A stretch of 64,000 nucleotides of DNA, taken from assembly GCF_964194155.1 (NCBI RefSeq), contig NC_135892.1, forward strand, positions 25,296,001 to 25,360,000. Direction: 5' to 3'. The notes under the pieces are model-generated. The model ran no database searches, had not been told where the DNA came from, and was given only the letters and a program-made list of their open reading frames with translations. This stretch comes from Cetorhinus maximus (lineage: Eukaryota). A program made the position numbers and the translations under genes. Shown piece after piece: positions 12,755-25,750 of this stretch; positions within the stretch are counted from its first letter, which is position 1; the number at the start of each line of letters is the position of its first letter.

Positions 12755-13376
12755 GGCCAGAATCTTCTGCTCGGTGTGCAGGGCCCACCCTGCATGCCAA
12801 CGCGTAAAACGATGCACGATGACATCGGGCGTGCATCCCGACGTCACCGCACGTCATTCTGATCTTCAGTTCAGCGGACGCACACCAGAGTCGGCTGTGT
12901 GGCCGCCAAACTGTCAAAGGCCTGTTAAGGCCCTTAATCACCTAATTGAAATAGTTGTCAAGGCTGCCCATCCAAGGATGAGGTTTCATGAAGGGTTTAT
13001 AACTTTAATTAAAAATTTTATTAAAATTCATTGACATGTACCAGCTCATGTGACGTTGTCACATGAGGGGACATGTCTGAATAATTTAAAAAAAATTTTT
13101 TTCCCAAGTTTTCATAATCAAAATAATCTCACTGAGGCAGCTCCGGGCATCAGGGGGATTTCTGCGCTCTTTCACGCGTATGGCCCCGACTCTCCCTCCT
13201 CCCCATGCCTGCACAGGTAGCGCTGAGCACTTCCAGGTGCGCATCATGCTGGGCTGGCCTTAATTGGCCTGCCCACATAAAATGGCGGCACGCAGCCGAT
13301 CGTGGGCAGCAGTCAGCTGAGCGCCCACCTGCACCCGGTCCCGCCCAGCCCGCCCGACGGGGAGAAAATTCTCCCC
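12755..13376 (+). mobile_element. Harbinger-type MITE nested in the Harbinger relic
   Basis: TIRs GGCCAGAATCTTC / GAAAATTCTCCCC; 3-bp TSD ATG (12752-54 and 13377-79); related copies at 48.8 and 49.3 kb. Confidence 0.8.
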
Positions 13377-13699
13377 ATGAAGTGTTTACAGGTTAGTTAC
13401 TGGGTTATTTCTTCCGGCTGCTGGTGCAATTCTGTATCTTTTTGGAACTTTATCATATCTAAAGTTTCACTAGTCGACAGGGAATGTTCTGGCTGGTGCT
13501 GAAGTACATTTTTGGTAGTTTAAAGGCTCACACTCAACCAAGTTGTTTCCAGAAATGGGAGGCCTTCCTCTTGGAATTGAGCATAGCTGGGAGAATGAGC
13601 AGAGGCCATGCAGAGCAGGACAAGTTGCTAGAAAAGGGAGAAGGCAGAGCGGAAGAAGGAAGCCATATCCGCCAAGGTCTATAGGGAACAATAGCATTG

Positions 13700-14530
13700 C
13701 CTAAAACTTCAACAAGGACCAATGCTTGAGATGTCTATGCTTCACTAAAGAGGTTGTGACTAATATTTAACAAACGCAACCTCAAGGCAGAACAAAGATC
13801 GCATTGCCTATGGCTGTCAAGGTGTCCATGGTCTTAACATTTATACATCTGACTCCTTTCAGGCTGCTACCGGAAATATATGCAGCATCTCAGTTTGCTG
13901 TACAGTCCTGCAAAGAGAGGGCACTGAGGCTAATTATACAAAGACAGACAGCTCCATCTCATTCTTTCTTGGCAGAGACAAGCAAGAGGAGTGGGCTTGA
14001 AGGTTTGCTCAGATTACAGGCTTCCCCATGGTACAGGATGTCACTGACTGTAGGTACATTGCTTTATGTGCTCCTCCTGTGAACTCTGCCACTTAACTGA
14101 ACCACAAGGGATTTCACTCTCTCAATGTGCTGCTGCTCTGTCACATCTTGCAAATGAATGCCTATGGGTTTCCTCCAACATTGGCTATACTTCAAAAGTA
14201 CATCATTGGCTGTAAAGCACTTTGAGATGTCCGGTGGGTGTGAATATTGTTTTATAAATGAAAATCTGTCATTGTTTTTTAACCTGCCAGTAGTCATGGT
14301 CCCTTCATCCTTTGTTACTGTAATTCGCTCTCTGTGACACTCCAAGGTTGGCTACTGGGCAACAAGGGTTATTCACTCTTGACACATCTCAAGTGTCCAG
14401 TCTGCAATCCATGCATATGTGCACAGCAGACCTACAATGAGAGCCATGCTGCCACAAGGAACATTATAGAGCATGCCATCAGCATCCTGGAGCTACACTT
14501 CCACTGCCTGGGTGCTCTGGAGGAGCTCTG
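13700..14530 (+). pseudogene. Harbinger (HARBI1-like) DDE transposase remnant
   Basis: Reading across frames gives ALPMAVKV, GFAQITGFPMVQ, NHKGFHSLNV, WLLGNKGY and YNESHAATRNIIEHAISIL. A SINE tail is inserted at ~14130-14270. Confidence 0.85.
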
Positions 14531-16248
14531 CAATCACTGGTTAGGTAAGAAGCCACAGAGCATGAGCATAAGGAATAACAAGTGCAACAGAAAGTGCCCT
14601 GGCTCTATGTGATCAAGTAATTGATGAGCTATACCAATCACAGTTCCCAATTCACTCCCACTCTCCTTCCCTTTTCTCTTTCACTGACCGTCACATTGTC
14701 CTCCATCCAACAACACAACATTAAAAACCACCAGGAAATTTATATTTCAACCCAAACTTATCAATTAAATCATGACACAGTGCATACAAAAATAAACCCT
14801 TGTGTATTCCTTTCATGATTTCTCTGTGTGCCCATGCCTATTCTGCTGCTCTGACAAGGTGTTTCCCCAAGTAGCTGCTCCATGGCTGGTGGAAGAACGC
14901 TGACGTTCAGTGGTGAAGATGGCAGATGACCCTGGAGAGTGACCTCGAGGAGTTCTGACTCCTGGCTTCAACCTGGGTGGCAGCATGAAAGGCTGGCTGG
15001 CTGACAAACAACAGCAAGGCCATTGGTGGAGTGGCAGGAGTGGGAACATGGGTACTGTCATCTTGAGAGAGGTCAGCGGGTTTTTACTCCACTCTAATAG
15101 GCCAGTGCCCCAGCAGTCTGATTAACCTGTTGGAGAACTGGCTCACGAACTGCTGTGATGCCCTCAAGGCCCCATTGGACAGTGATATCCAAGCCACGAT
15201 GGCACCAGACTGAGCTTCCATTGCAGCACTCAGGTTGCAATGGGAGCTGTGACTCCAGCCATAGACACTGCATCATGGTGAGTTCCACGGGTTGGAGTTG
15301 ACCACTTGTTCCATGTTGGAAAGGACAAGATCCAAGTTCTGTACAAAACTACGGTCCAACTTGATTTTGGACTCCTCCATGTTCCTTGAGATTGAGCGCA
15401 GGCTTTCTGGCAGGTTTTCAGAACACACATCAGCCTCCTTCTGTTGCTTGGCCCATTGAAATCCTCATCTGAGTCCTTTGTAACAGAGGTAATGTGCAAC
15501 CTCCCCTTGCAGCAAGCTGACACCTACACTATCTTTTCCCCCAGACTCCTGCGGATTTGTGCCCAATGTCTGACCATGTGAGGATCTCTCTTCTACGCAA
15601 GCTCGAAAATAGGCACATTGTCATCCTCCGAACTGGTGACTGCGAGTGTAAGATCGAGTAATGGTCTCTCTTCATCATCACTCTTGTCTTCCTTTTCCTC
15701 CACTGCCCAGACAGGTTCCAACTCTTTGGTATCTAAAGTGAAAAAGGAACAAAAGGAAGTTGGGGTGAGGGGAGAGGGGAAAGTAAGAAGTGTGTACTTA
15801 CACCCTCTGCAGCTTCTCGCAGAGGAGATTGAGGGATGAGACAGCAGTGGGATGAGAGAAAGAGGATTAGGTATGTGGATACCCACATTACCAATCACTT
15901 CAGCATTACCAGCGGCCACAATCTCAGCTATGTCCTTTCCTATGACAGCCAATGTTGTCTTCTCCATGGAGGTTAAAACATGCTGGCGTACTTATTCTCC
16001 TTCAGTGCTTTGCTGCTGCCTGTTGTTACATGGCACCTTCTCCTGCAAGGGAAAAGAGTGTGCGCTGCGCAAGAGGGTTTGGGGGGATATGGCTATGATG
16101 GTCGAATAGCTACCAGTGTGCGTGAGCTGTGCGAAGTGGGTGTGAGGCTTGTGAAACAAAGTCCACGAATGTTATGGTTGAGTCCTGGCTGATAGAGATC
16201 GTTGGTAGGTGACTGATGGAGCTGTAGTGAATTGAGGAGTGGATAAGG

Positions 16249-16500
16249 CTATTGGGTGCACTTGGAAGGATATGGCATATGATATTGAAATAATTTGACA
16301 ACTCTTGTGTGATCATTAAACTTCATCCTGCACTGCATCCATATTCTAGGAGCAACATTCCTGGTATTGACCTCTGTCGCTATTTGTTCCCACTGCCTCC
16401 TGAGCATGTGTCTGGAGGCCCTCCTGTGGATACAGGACATCGCTCTTCCGTTCCACCAGGACCTGCAGTGGATTGTCTGAAGTCTTGCTTACTCTTTTGC
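16249..16500 (-). pseudogene. Harbinger Myb/SANT-like DNA-binding protein remnant
   Basis: RRQWEQIATEVNTRNVAPRIWMQCRMKFND fits the W..IA..VN.....R...QC.KKF Myb_DNA-bind_5 pattern. Confidence 0.8.
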
Positions 16501-17274
16501 ATGTTCAAGCCATTGCTCAAAGTGTCACAATATTGATTCAGTTTTGAAAAAACTCCCACCATTTGTTGTAATTTGTAGTACACCTCCCCTTTAAGAGATG
16601 CAGACGACCTTTAAGCAGTGCTAGCCACTCGTGATATTGGGCCGGCTGCTGACGTTGCAGTCAATGATGTGCTGGCTCCCACAAAAACCATTTAAAAGAG
16701 CATGCAGCATGAATTTAATACAATCCCTGTGCTCATTTTCAGCTCTTATCCAAATTTTTCCCCTATGTCTTTCCATAGGGAAAAATGTTACACTGAGAGA
16801 AACTTGGTAAAAGTGCAGGAAGACCATTGCAGACAGACCAATAAAAGCCTCCACAATGTTGTTTCATGTGTGTGTCAGTTCACTCCTTGTCTTTCCAAAG
16901 TTCCTCCAAATCATAGTATTTACAATTCTCCAATGCAGTAGGAGAGCCAGATTCAGTATTGATAAGGGAGGGAACCAGCCCCGAGAATCCAAACAAAACA
17001 AGTGTAAAGAAGGAGGTGATTTTCTTTCTCGCTTCAGTTTCAGAAGCTTCAAGGCACAGTCCAGAGCGTGACCATGTTACCTAGACTGACGCTCCAGCAC
17101 AAGGGTGCAAAATCTATCTTAAATTAAGTGAAAGCTCACTGGAATGGCTTCAACTTTGCCCAGGTCCTGCCCTATGCCAGTGTTTCCAGGATAACCTCGT
17201 GAAGCAAAGCAAAGGGTCTGTATGCCCCTACAAGGCCATTGACATCAGGGAGCAGGGCCGGAGCTGGAGACAGG

Positions 17275-17490
17275 GCTGCTCAGTTGTCAACTGTGGCTCA
17301 GTTGGTAGCACCCTCGCCTGGGAGTGAAGTGTTAGTATAAATCCCACAATATAGACTTCAATACATAATCAAGGCTGACACTCCCAGTGCAGTCCTGAGG
17401 GAGTGCTGCACTTCCCAGGGGCCCTCTCAGGCTGATGTAAAAGATTCCATGACGTTATTTGAGGAAGAGCAGGGGAGTTCTGCCTGGTGT
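17275..17490 (+). mobile_element. Deu-domain SINE, 3'-truncated
   Basis: tRNA-like head TGGCTCAGTTGGTAGCA; Deu core GATGTAAAAGATTCCATGAC...GAAGAGCAGGGGAGTTC. Confidence 0.75.
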
Positions 17491-20400
17491 TGTGTCCAAT
17501 GGGAATAGGTTGCTGGTGGATGGGGACTTGTTGGCCCTCCATTCCAGGAAGATGCGGAGAGCATTCAGACTGCCCTGGTGGGGCTGTCCTCGCGGGGAGG
17601 TTTTCTAGTGCTGTTGGAGAGGGTTTAAACTCAATTGACAGGGGGATGGGAACCTGGGGGGACATTCAGAGAGCAGAGGAGAAAAACTGGCAGTGGGAAG
17701 TAGTGAAGTATTAACTGATAATGAGGATATATCAGAGAGTTGCATCAAGACAGATAGAATACTTGGAGAGTTTGATAGAATTAGAGTAGGCAACACTATG
17801 TCATTAGATGGGCTCAGAATAAGTGGGAAAGTAAAAAAGCCTAAATCAGGGCTAATGTGCATGTATATGAATGCACAGAGTGGGGTTAATAAGATTGGTA
17901 AACTGTAGGCACAGGTTGACAAATGGAATTATGATATTATTGTTATAACACAGACCTGGCTCAAAGAAGGGCAGGACTGGGCATTAAATATGCCTGGGTG
18001 CAAGATGTTTAGGAGAGACAGGAAAGGAAGAAAATGTGGGGGAATGGCAATATTGGTTAAAGATGGCATTACAGTGCTGGAGAGAGAGGATGTTCCAGAG
18101 GGATCAAGAACAGAATCTCTCTGGCTAGAGGTAAGGAATGAAAAAAGTGCAATAACATTGATTGGTGTAGTATATAGACCACCAACTAGTGGAAGGGATG
18201 TGGAGAAACAAATTTGCAAATAAATTATGGAGAGGTGCAAGAATTATAGGGTCATCATAATGGGGGACATCAATTATCCAAATATAGACCGGGATAGGAA
18301 TAGTACAATAGGACAAGAGGGGTGAGAGTCCCTGGAATATGTTCAAGATAATTTTCTACAGCAGTATGTTTCCGGTCCAACAAGAGGACATGCACTTTTG
18401 GACCTGGTTCTGGGGAATGAGTTGGCCCAAACGGATCAAATATGAGTGGGAGATCCTCAAGGGGACAGTGACCATGGTATCATAAGGTTTAGGTTAATCA
18501 TGAAAAAGGACAGAGAACTATCCAGAACAGGGATAATTAACTGGGGGAAAGCCAACTTCGATGGGATGAGAATGCATCTGAGTCGAGTGAGTTGGAACCG
18601 AATGTTGGCAGAAAAGTCAGTGGTTAAGCAACCTTCAAAGAAAAAGTATTGCAGGCAATGTCAAGGCATATTTTTTTGAAGGGGAAAGGCGGGACAAATA
18701 AATCCAGAGCACTCTAGATGACGAGAGAGATGGAGGTAAAGATGAAAAGGAAAAAGTGCGCATATGACAGATGTCAGGTAGAAAATACAATGGAGAATCA
18801 GGCTATACAAGGAACAGAGGGAAGTGAAGAAACTAATAAGAAAAGCAAGGAGAGAGCATGAAAAGATGCTGGCAGGAAACATAAAAGGGAATCCCAAGGT
18901 CTTCTGTAAGCGTGTAAATAATAAAAGGGTGGTAAAAGAAAGAGTAGGGCCATTTAGGGACAAAAAAAGGAGACTTGCATGTGGTGGGTGGAGAAATAGT
19001 GGAGGTGTTGAACAAGTATTTTGCATCTGTCTTTACAAAGGAAGAACTTGCTACCTAGGCCACGGTGAGGGAGAAGGTAACTGGTACACTAGAAGAACTT
19101 ACAATTGAGAGGAAGGAGGGATTGGAAAGGCAACCTTTACTTAAAAAAGACAAGATACCAGGATCGGATGAAAGGTATCCAAAGGTACTGAGGGAAGTGA
19201 GAGTGGAAATTGCAGAGGCACTAGTGATAATCTTCCAGTCTTCCTTAGACACAGGGTAGATGCCAGAGGACTGGAGAACTGTGAATTTTACACCCTTGTT
19301 CAAAAAGGGGTGCAAGGATAAAGCTGGCAACTACAGGCCAGTCAGTTTGACCTCAGTGGTGGGGAAACTTCTGGAAACCATAGTACAGGATAAAATTAAT
19401 AATCAGTTAGACAAGTGAAGGATAATTAAGGAAAGCCAGCATGGGTTCAAGGGGAAATCTTGTTTAACTAACTTGCTGCAGTTTTTTGAGGAGGTAACAG
19501 AGAAGACTGATAAAGGAAACACTGTTGATGTGGCGTATATGGATTTTCAAAAGGCATTTGATACAGTGCCACACAACAGACTTGTGAGAAAAATTCTAGG
19601 TCATGGAATAAAAGGGAAAATAGGCACTTGGATAAGAAATTGGCTGAGTGACAGGAAACAGAGATTAGTGATAAATGGTTGTTTTTCAGACTGGAGGAAG
19701 GTCTGTAGTGGAGTTCCCCAGGTGTCAGTGTTGAGACCCTTGCTCTTCCTGATATATATTAATGACCTAGACTATGGTGTGCAGGACATGATTTCAAAAT
19801 TTGCAGATGATACGAAGATTGGAAATGTTGTCAACTGTTGATGGGGATAGTCTTGAACTTCAAAAGGTCCTAGACATGTTGGTGGGTTGGGCAAACAGGT
19901 GGCAGATGAAGTCCAATGCAGAGAAGTGTTAGGTGATTTATTTTGGCAGGAAAGATATATGCCAGATTTTCCATGCCCGCCGGCGTCAGGTGTGTTTGGT
20001 GGCTAGAGCGGACAATATGGTACGATCAGTTTCACAACGACGTCAAACCAGTTTGCGATTGTCCAATCAGCCTGCCAAGCCACATTCTCCGCCATCAGAC
20101 ATCAGGAACCTCATTGTAATACATCGGCATATCATTATAAGGCCAGTCCACTGGACTCATCCCCCTCCAACTGGATCGTCCGCCCACGTTGGCCGGAAAA
20201 TACGCCGACGTGTTTCACATAAGCGACGTGCACCTGGCTGGTTGCACTTCACTCGGGGCTTCGAGGTTTGTTTGCCTACCTTGCTTCAGTCAGCACTCGC
20301 AGTCATCAGCGCCAGGCTTCACAGAGAACACCACATCACTTTTAGGGGGGGGCTCACGGGTAGGTCTCTACCTACCAGATCAGCCATATGTGGGTGGCTT

Positions 20401-21998
20401 TTCAATGGCTGCAGGGTTAGGTCTTGCTTTGCGAAGGGGGAGAAGTGGCCTCAGGCAAAGGAAGAGGCTGCAGGACGAGGGCTGTACTGGGGAAGGAGGG
20501 TAACCCAGGGTGTGTGTGGGGGTACATGTTGTTCTGTGTAAGTGGCCTCAAGATGGTGAGGGCTGAGGAGGCAGTCTCCAGAGGGGATGAGGCTAGATGG
20601 AGAGTATGTGTGTGAGAATGGGTGGTGATGTCCCTTGAGCCTGCAGTGAGTGAGATGCCAGTGAATGTGTGATGGGTTTGAGTGTGTGAGTTTAGAGTGA
20701 TGAGATGGTTGCTGTACCCTGGCTGCACGGATGAGATCATTCATCCTCTATCTGCATTGGATGGCCAACCTCTTCCATGCAGCATTGGCACTGATCACCA
20801 TTGCCACCACCTCCCAAGCCTGGTTGATCATGCCACTGCCTTTCCTGTGGCCAGAGTGAGGGTAGAGGACATCATGGCAGACCTCCAAAGCATCCAAAAG
20901 GCGTTCCAGTGACATGTCATTAAACCTGGGGGCTGCAGTCTTTTTGCCTTTCGTGGACATCTTCCCTGCAGTAATGGTGGACTGGGAGCACTGAGATGTG
21001 TGCATGCGGCTGGACTTTAAATATGGCACCCGGCACGATGAAGCAGCGAGGTGATGGTGTGGTGGGTAAATGACAGCCCACCCACCATCGAAACGGCGTG
21101 TTTCCCGGAAATGCATAACTAATGCAGTGGGTTTGGGATGATTCGTCGTGAAAACCCACCATTGCGGCTGACGAGTAAAACATAATTTTACCCACCTGCT
21201 ATCGTACTTAATGCAAATCTGGGATAATTCCTCCCATGGTGAGATGGTATAAAATAAAGGGAGAGCTGCTAAAGGCGGTGCAGGAACAGATGGACCTCGG
21301 TGTATACGTACATAGGTCATTGAAGATGTCAGGGCATGTTGAGAGAGCAGTTAATAAAGCATATAGTATCTTAGACTTTATTAATAGGGGCATTGAGTAC
21401 AAGAGTAAGGAGGTCATGTTGAACTTGTATAAGAAAGTAGTTAGACCTCATCTGGAGGACCGCGTCCAGCTTTGGGCGCCATACTTGAGGAAGGATGTGA
21501 AAGCATTGGAGAGAGTACAGAGGAGATTCACAAAAATGATGCCTGGGATGGAGAACTGTAGCTATGGGGATAGATTGGAGAGGTTGAAACAATTTTCCCT
21601 GGAGAAAAGAAGGCTGAGAGGAGACTTAATGGAGGTATTCAAGATCCAGAGGAGTATGGAAAGGGAAAATAGTGAAAAACTGTTTCCACTCAAGAAAAAA
21701 ATCACAAATTAGAGGGCACAAAATAATTGGCAACAGGAGTAAATGTGATGTGAGAAAAAATATTTTCACCCAGAGGGTGGTTGGAGTCTAGAACAAACTT
21801 CCTGAAAGGGTGGTGGAGGAAGGTTCAATTGAGGCATTCAAAAGGGAATTGGATTGCTACCTGAAAATAGAGAATGTGCAAGGGGACAGGGATAAGGCAG
21901 GGGAGTGGGACTAGGTGGAATGCTCTTTCAGAGAGCCAGTGCAGACTCGATGGGCCGAATGGCCTCCTTCTGCACTGTAAAGATACTGTGATACTGAG
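17490..21998 (+). mobile_element. Long CR1 LINE (ORF1 end + ORF2), interrupted at 19960-21235
   Basis: EN motifs MYMNAQS, GVVYRPP and SDH; RT motifs DFQKAFD and SKFADDTK (19473..19841); C-terminus 21236..21712; CR1 tail at ~21990. Confidence 0.9.
19960..21235 (-). mobile_element. Non-autonomous Harbinger derivative retaining the Myb/SANT exon
   Basis: Cleanly splits the CR1 RT; imperfect TIRs TGCCAGATTTTCC / GGATAATTCCTCCC; flanks ATA/ATG; - strand ORF from ATG 20960 (MSTKGKKTAAPRFND...AWEVVAMVISANAAWKRLAIQCR*RMNDL). Confidence 0.8.
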
Positions 21999-21999
21999 A

Positions 22000-22620
22000 G
22001 ATTTGATGTCCATGGTGAAAAGTAGTCAGCTAGGACCAGGAAACTGTTAAAGTGGTGGATGTAGGTGGGAAGAGAGTGGACAAGGGGAGAACAAATAGTA
22101 TCGAGGTAGAAAGCAATCAGTTTGGTGAAACAAGAACAGTCTGGAACAATGTGTCTACCAGGGCAGTGCTGTTTGTGGATTTTGAGAAGGAGGAAGAAGT
22201 GGGCTGTTCAGAGTTCAGAGATAATTAGGTTGGAGGCCCTGGAGGAAAGATCTTCGGAGGAGATGAGGTCAATGACAGACCTGGAATCAATGGCTTGATG
22301 TTCACTGGTGGGGTCATGGTACAGGGGCAGTAGAAAGAGATGTCAGAAAGTCAGCACTCGCCTTCCACATGACAGAGGCCTGTTTACCAAACAACAACAG
22401 TGCAACCCTAACCAGCAGGTTTAATGACAATGTCAGGGTTGAACCAGAGAGAACAAAGTGCAGCAAGTTCAGAGGGAGGAAGGTTAGAGAGAGCGAGAGG
22501 AACAGAAAATGAAATGACCATTGTCACAGCAGCAATTCTCAATGGAAAGGTCGAGTGAGCGTTAAGATGCCAGGGGGAGGAGTACAGGTGAAACAAGAAT
22601 TCTGAAAACAGGAGAAAGGG
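22000..22620 (-). mobile_element. Penelope-like element RT fragment
   Basis: SNLPPSELAALCSLWFNPDIVIKPAG resembles the PLE motif L...PDIVIKPADKG. Confidence 0.75.
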
Positions 22621-23045
22621 TCCTAACTCACTCCAATTCCCATTCACCCATCACCCCTGTGTTCACTGACTTTCATTGTCTCCTAGTGCAGCAACACCTT
22701 GATTTTGAAATTCTCAGCCTTCCTTTCTAATCCCCCCATGGTGCTGCCCCCTCTCTCTCTCTGTAATCTCCTCCAGTCTCAATTGCCTCTCCATTGATGG
22801 CTATGCCTTCAGTTGCCAAAGCCCTAACCTCTGGAAGCCCTTCCCTAAATCTATTGGCCTTTCTTTCTTCATTTAAGATGCTGTATAAAACTTACCTCTT
22901 TGACCTAGCTTTTATTCTAATTTTATTTTAATTTTATTCTAATATCTCCATATATGGCTGGGTGTCAATTTTTTTGATAACATTCCTGTGAAGCACCTTG
23001 GAGTTTTATTACATAAAGGGCACGATCTAAATACAAGCTGTTGTA
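22620..23045 (+). mobile_element. L2 LINE 3' end
   Basis: PITPVFTDFHCL-like region and tail TGTGAAGCACCTTGG...AAAGGGCACGATCTAAATACAAG. Confidence 0.75.
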
Positions 23046-23388
23046 GTCAGGCACAGTGCAACTGAAGAAAGATGATCTGAAAGTGGTCTCAGGTTCAGGA
23101 TCAGGCTATTAGCCTCAGCCAGACGGTCCCTCCAGAACTGATCTACCCCTCGACAGGGTATTTTGCCCAAAACCAGGCTGACTCCCTGTGGGTATTTTTG
23201 ACTTCAGATGATGTTATAAAATGGAAGAGATGTTTAATATTGGGAGAATGTTTCATGATTGGCTGATCCGATATCAATGCTTTCCTGTCTTTTTGCACTC
23301 CAGGAAGAATTCATCTCCACTAGGAGGTGAAAGGAAACGAGTTATTACCAGCAGGAAGTGTGGCAGGTTTTTGCGGTTCAGATGACCA

Positions 23389-23855
23389 TGTTTTAATGTT
23401 GGATCTGCAATCAGACTGATTTGTGTCAAACTGACTCAATCTTTGCCGGCTGAGCTGCTCTCAACCTCAGCTCAGCTCTTAATAAGGGACTCAGCAGCAA
23501 CAGGGCACATCCCGCTTAAGGGAGTGGGAGAGTAAACAGGTAGGACTGGTTAGTGAATCAATGATTGGAATGCTAAGAAGACATTTTGAAAAAAGGTTGC
23601 CTGTTTACTCTCCCACTCCCTTCAATGCAGGATGCACCCTGTTGCCACCAAGTTTTTTATTGAGAGACCAGCTGACCATAAGATGTATGAGCAGAAGTAG
23701 GCCATTCGACCCATCGAGTCTGCTCCGCCGTTCAATGAGATCATGGCTGATCTGATAATCCTCAACTCCACTTAGGAGAGGTTGAAAGAAACTCAGCTGA
23801 CAAAGAGTGAGCCAGTTCTGACAAACTGTCTGATTGCAAATCCAACATTAAAACA
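23389..23855. repeat. Foldback/palindromic element with ~155-bp arms; CR1 tail inserted in the right arm
   Basis: 23389-23542 is the reverse complement of 23598-23675 plus 23776-23855 (e.g. TGTTTTAATGTTGGAT / ATCCAACATTAAAACA; AAGGGAGTGGGAGAGTAAACAGG / CCTGTTTACTCTCCCACTCCCTT). Confidence 0.85.
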
Positions 23856-24059
23856 AGAAAATTGCCAACCAACAGCTTTTATTAAAACCTGTTCGTTAAC
23901 ATTCAACTTTTCACTCGCTAATACTTTAAACTTTAGGCGATGAACTCAAAGCAGCAATAAAATATCCCATTTAATGCTGGTAACTCGTGAAGGAACTCTT
24001 CATTTGATGGATAATCTTTGGTCATGTTTAGGCTGAGGTTTATGGTGAAAGTTTCATTG

Positions 24060-25750
24060 GAAATAGGAGCAGGAGTACGCCATTCAGCCCCTCAAGCCTG
24101 GTCCACCGTTAAATTAGATCATGGCCGATCTTCTACCTCAACGTCATTTTCCTGCACTAACTCCACATTCCTTGATGTGCATACGAACGCATAAACAAAT
24201 TAGGAGCAGGAATAGGCCACTCGGCCTCTTGAGCCTGCTCCACCATCAATAAGATCATGGCTGATCTGAATCTCTTCACTATCCGGAAATCTGTTGACCT
24301 CTGCTTCGAACATATGCATTGATTTAGCCTCCACAGCCCTCTGGGGTAGAAAATTCCCAAGATTTACCATTATCTGAGTGACGAAATTCCTACTCATCTC
24401 AGTCCTCAATGGCCTGCCCCTTATTCTGAAACTGTGCCCGCTGGTTCTAGACCTCCACCCACCCCCGCAACAACACCCGCACTCAGGGGAAACATCTTTC
24501 CTGCATCTACCTTATCAAGTCCTGTAAGAATTATGTTTCAATGAGGTCACCTCTCATTCTTCAAAACGCTAGAGGATTTTAAAAAATTCTAATTGCCCTT
24601 GAGAAAGTGGTGGTGAGCTGCCTTCTTGAACTGCTGCAGTCCCTGTGGTGTAGGTACACCGGCAGTGCTGTTAGGGAGGGAGTTCCAGGAATTTGACCCA
24701 GTGACAGTGAAGGGATGGTGATATATTTCCAAGTCAGGATGGTGAGTGGCTTGGATAGGAACTTCCAGATGGTGGTGTCCCCATGAGTCTGCTGCCCATG
24801 TCCTTCTAGATGGTAGTAGTTGTGGGTTTGGAAAGTGCTGTCTAAGGAGCTTGGTGAGTTGCTGCAGTGCATCTTGTAGATGGCACACACTGCTGCTACT
24901 GTGCATCAGTGGTGGAGGAGCGAATGTTTGTAAATGGGATGCCAGCCAAGTGGGCTGCTTTGACCTGGATGGTGTCAAGCTTCTTGAGCTTTGTTGGAGC
25001 TGCACTCATCCAGGCAAGTGGGGAGTATTCCATCACACTCCTGACTTGTATCTTGTACATGGTGGACAGGCGGTGTGAGTTTCTCACTGCAGGATTCCTA
25101 GCCTCTGAGTCATTGCCTGGCACTTGTGTGGCACGAATGTTACTTGCCACTTGTCAGTCCAAGCCTGGATATTGTCCAGGTCTTGCTGCATTTGGATATA
25201 GACTGTTTCAGTGTCCAAGGAATCTTGAATAGTGCTGAACATTGTGCAATAATCAACAAATATCCCCATTTCTGACCTTATGATGGAAGGAAGGTCATTG
25301 ATGAAGCAGCTGACAATGGTCGGACCTAGGACACTAGGCCTGGTCTCCTCAGTCTCTCCAAATAGGAGAGTCCGCTATCCCAGGAATCAGTCTGGTGAAT
25401 CTTTGTTGCACTCGCTCTATGACAAGTATATCCTTCCTTAGGTAAGGAAACCAAAATTGTACACAGTATTCCAGGTGCAGTCTCACCAAGACACTATACA
25501 ATTGCAGCAAGACTTATTTACTCCTGTACTCAAATCCTCTTGCAATGAAGGTCATGTGCCTTCCTAATTGCTTGCTGCACCTGTATGCTAACTTTCAGTG
25601 ATTCATTGAACAAGGACACCCAGGTCCCTTTGGAAATCAACACTTCCCAATCTCTCACCATTTAAAAAGTACTCTGCATTTCTGTTTTTCCTACCAAAGT
25701 GGATATCTTCACATTTATATATATTATATTCCATCTGTCATGTTGCATGT
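24060..25750 (-). mobile_element. CR1 3' fragments with a nested second-family CR1/L2-group LINE (~24588-25335)
   Basis: ORF 24200..24409 is a CR1 C-terminus. ORFs 24896..25150 (VRSVMEYSPLAWMSAAPT) and 24589..25005 match the 53.9-55.9 kb LINE. Confidence 0.8.

Larger units (their letters stand above)
12438..16763 (+). mobile_element. Decayed autonomous PIF/Harbinger DNA transposon (transposase +, Myb/SANT protein -, convergent)
   Basis: TIR pair GGGGAGAAATTGG (12438) and CCAAATTTTTCCCC (to 16763). Transposase motifs and Myb motif lie between them. Confidence 0.75.

Noticed and set aside
13700-16500. Domesticated HARBI1/NAIF1-like host gene pair
   Set aside because: Multiple stops and frameshifts, a SINE insertion and retained TIRs indicate a dead transposon.
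19933-20541. 202-aa ORF
   Set aside because: Chimeric reading from CR1 into a GC-rich Harbinger terminus; no recognisable domain.
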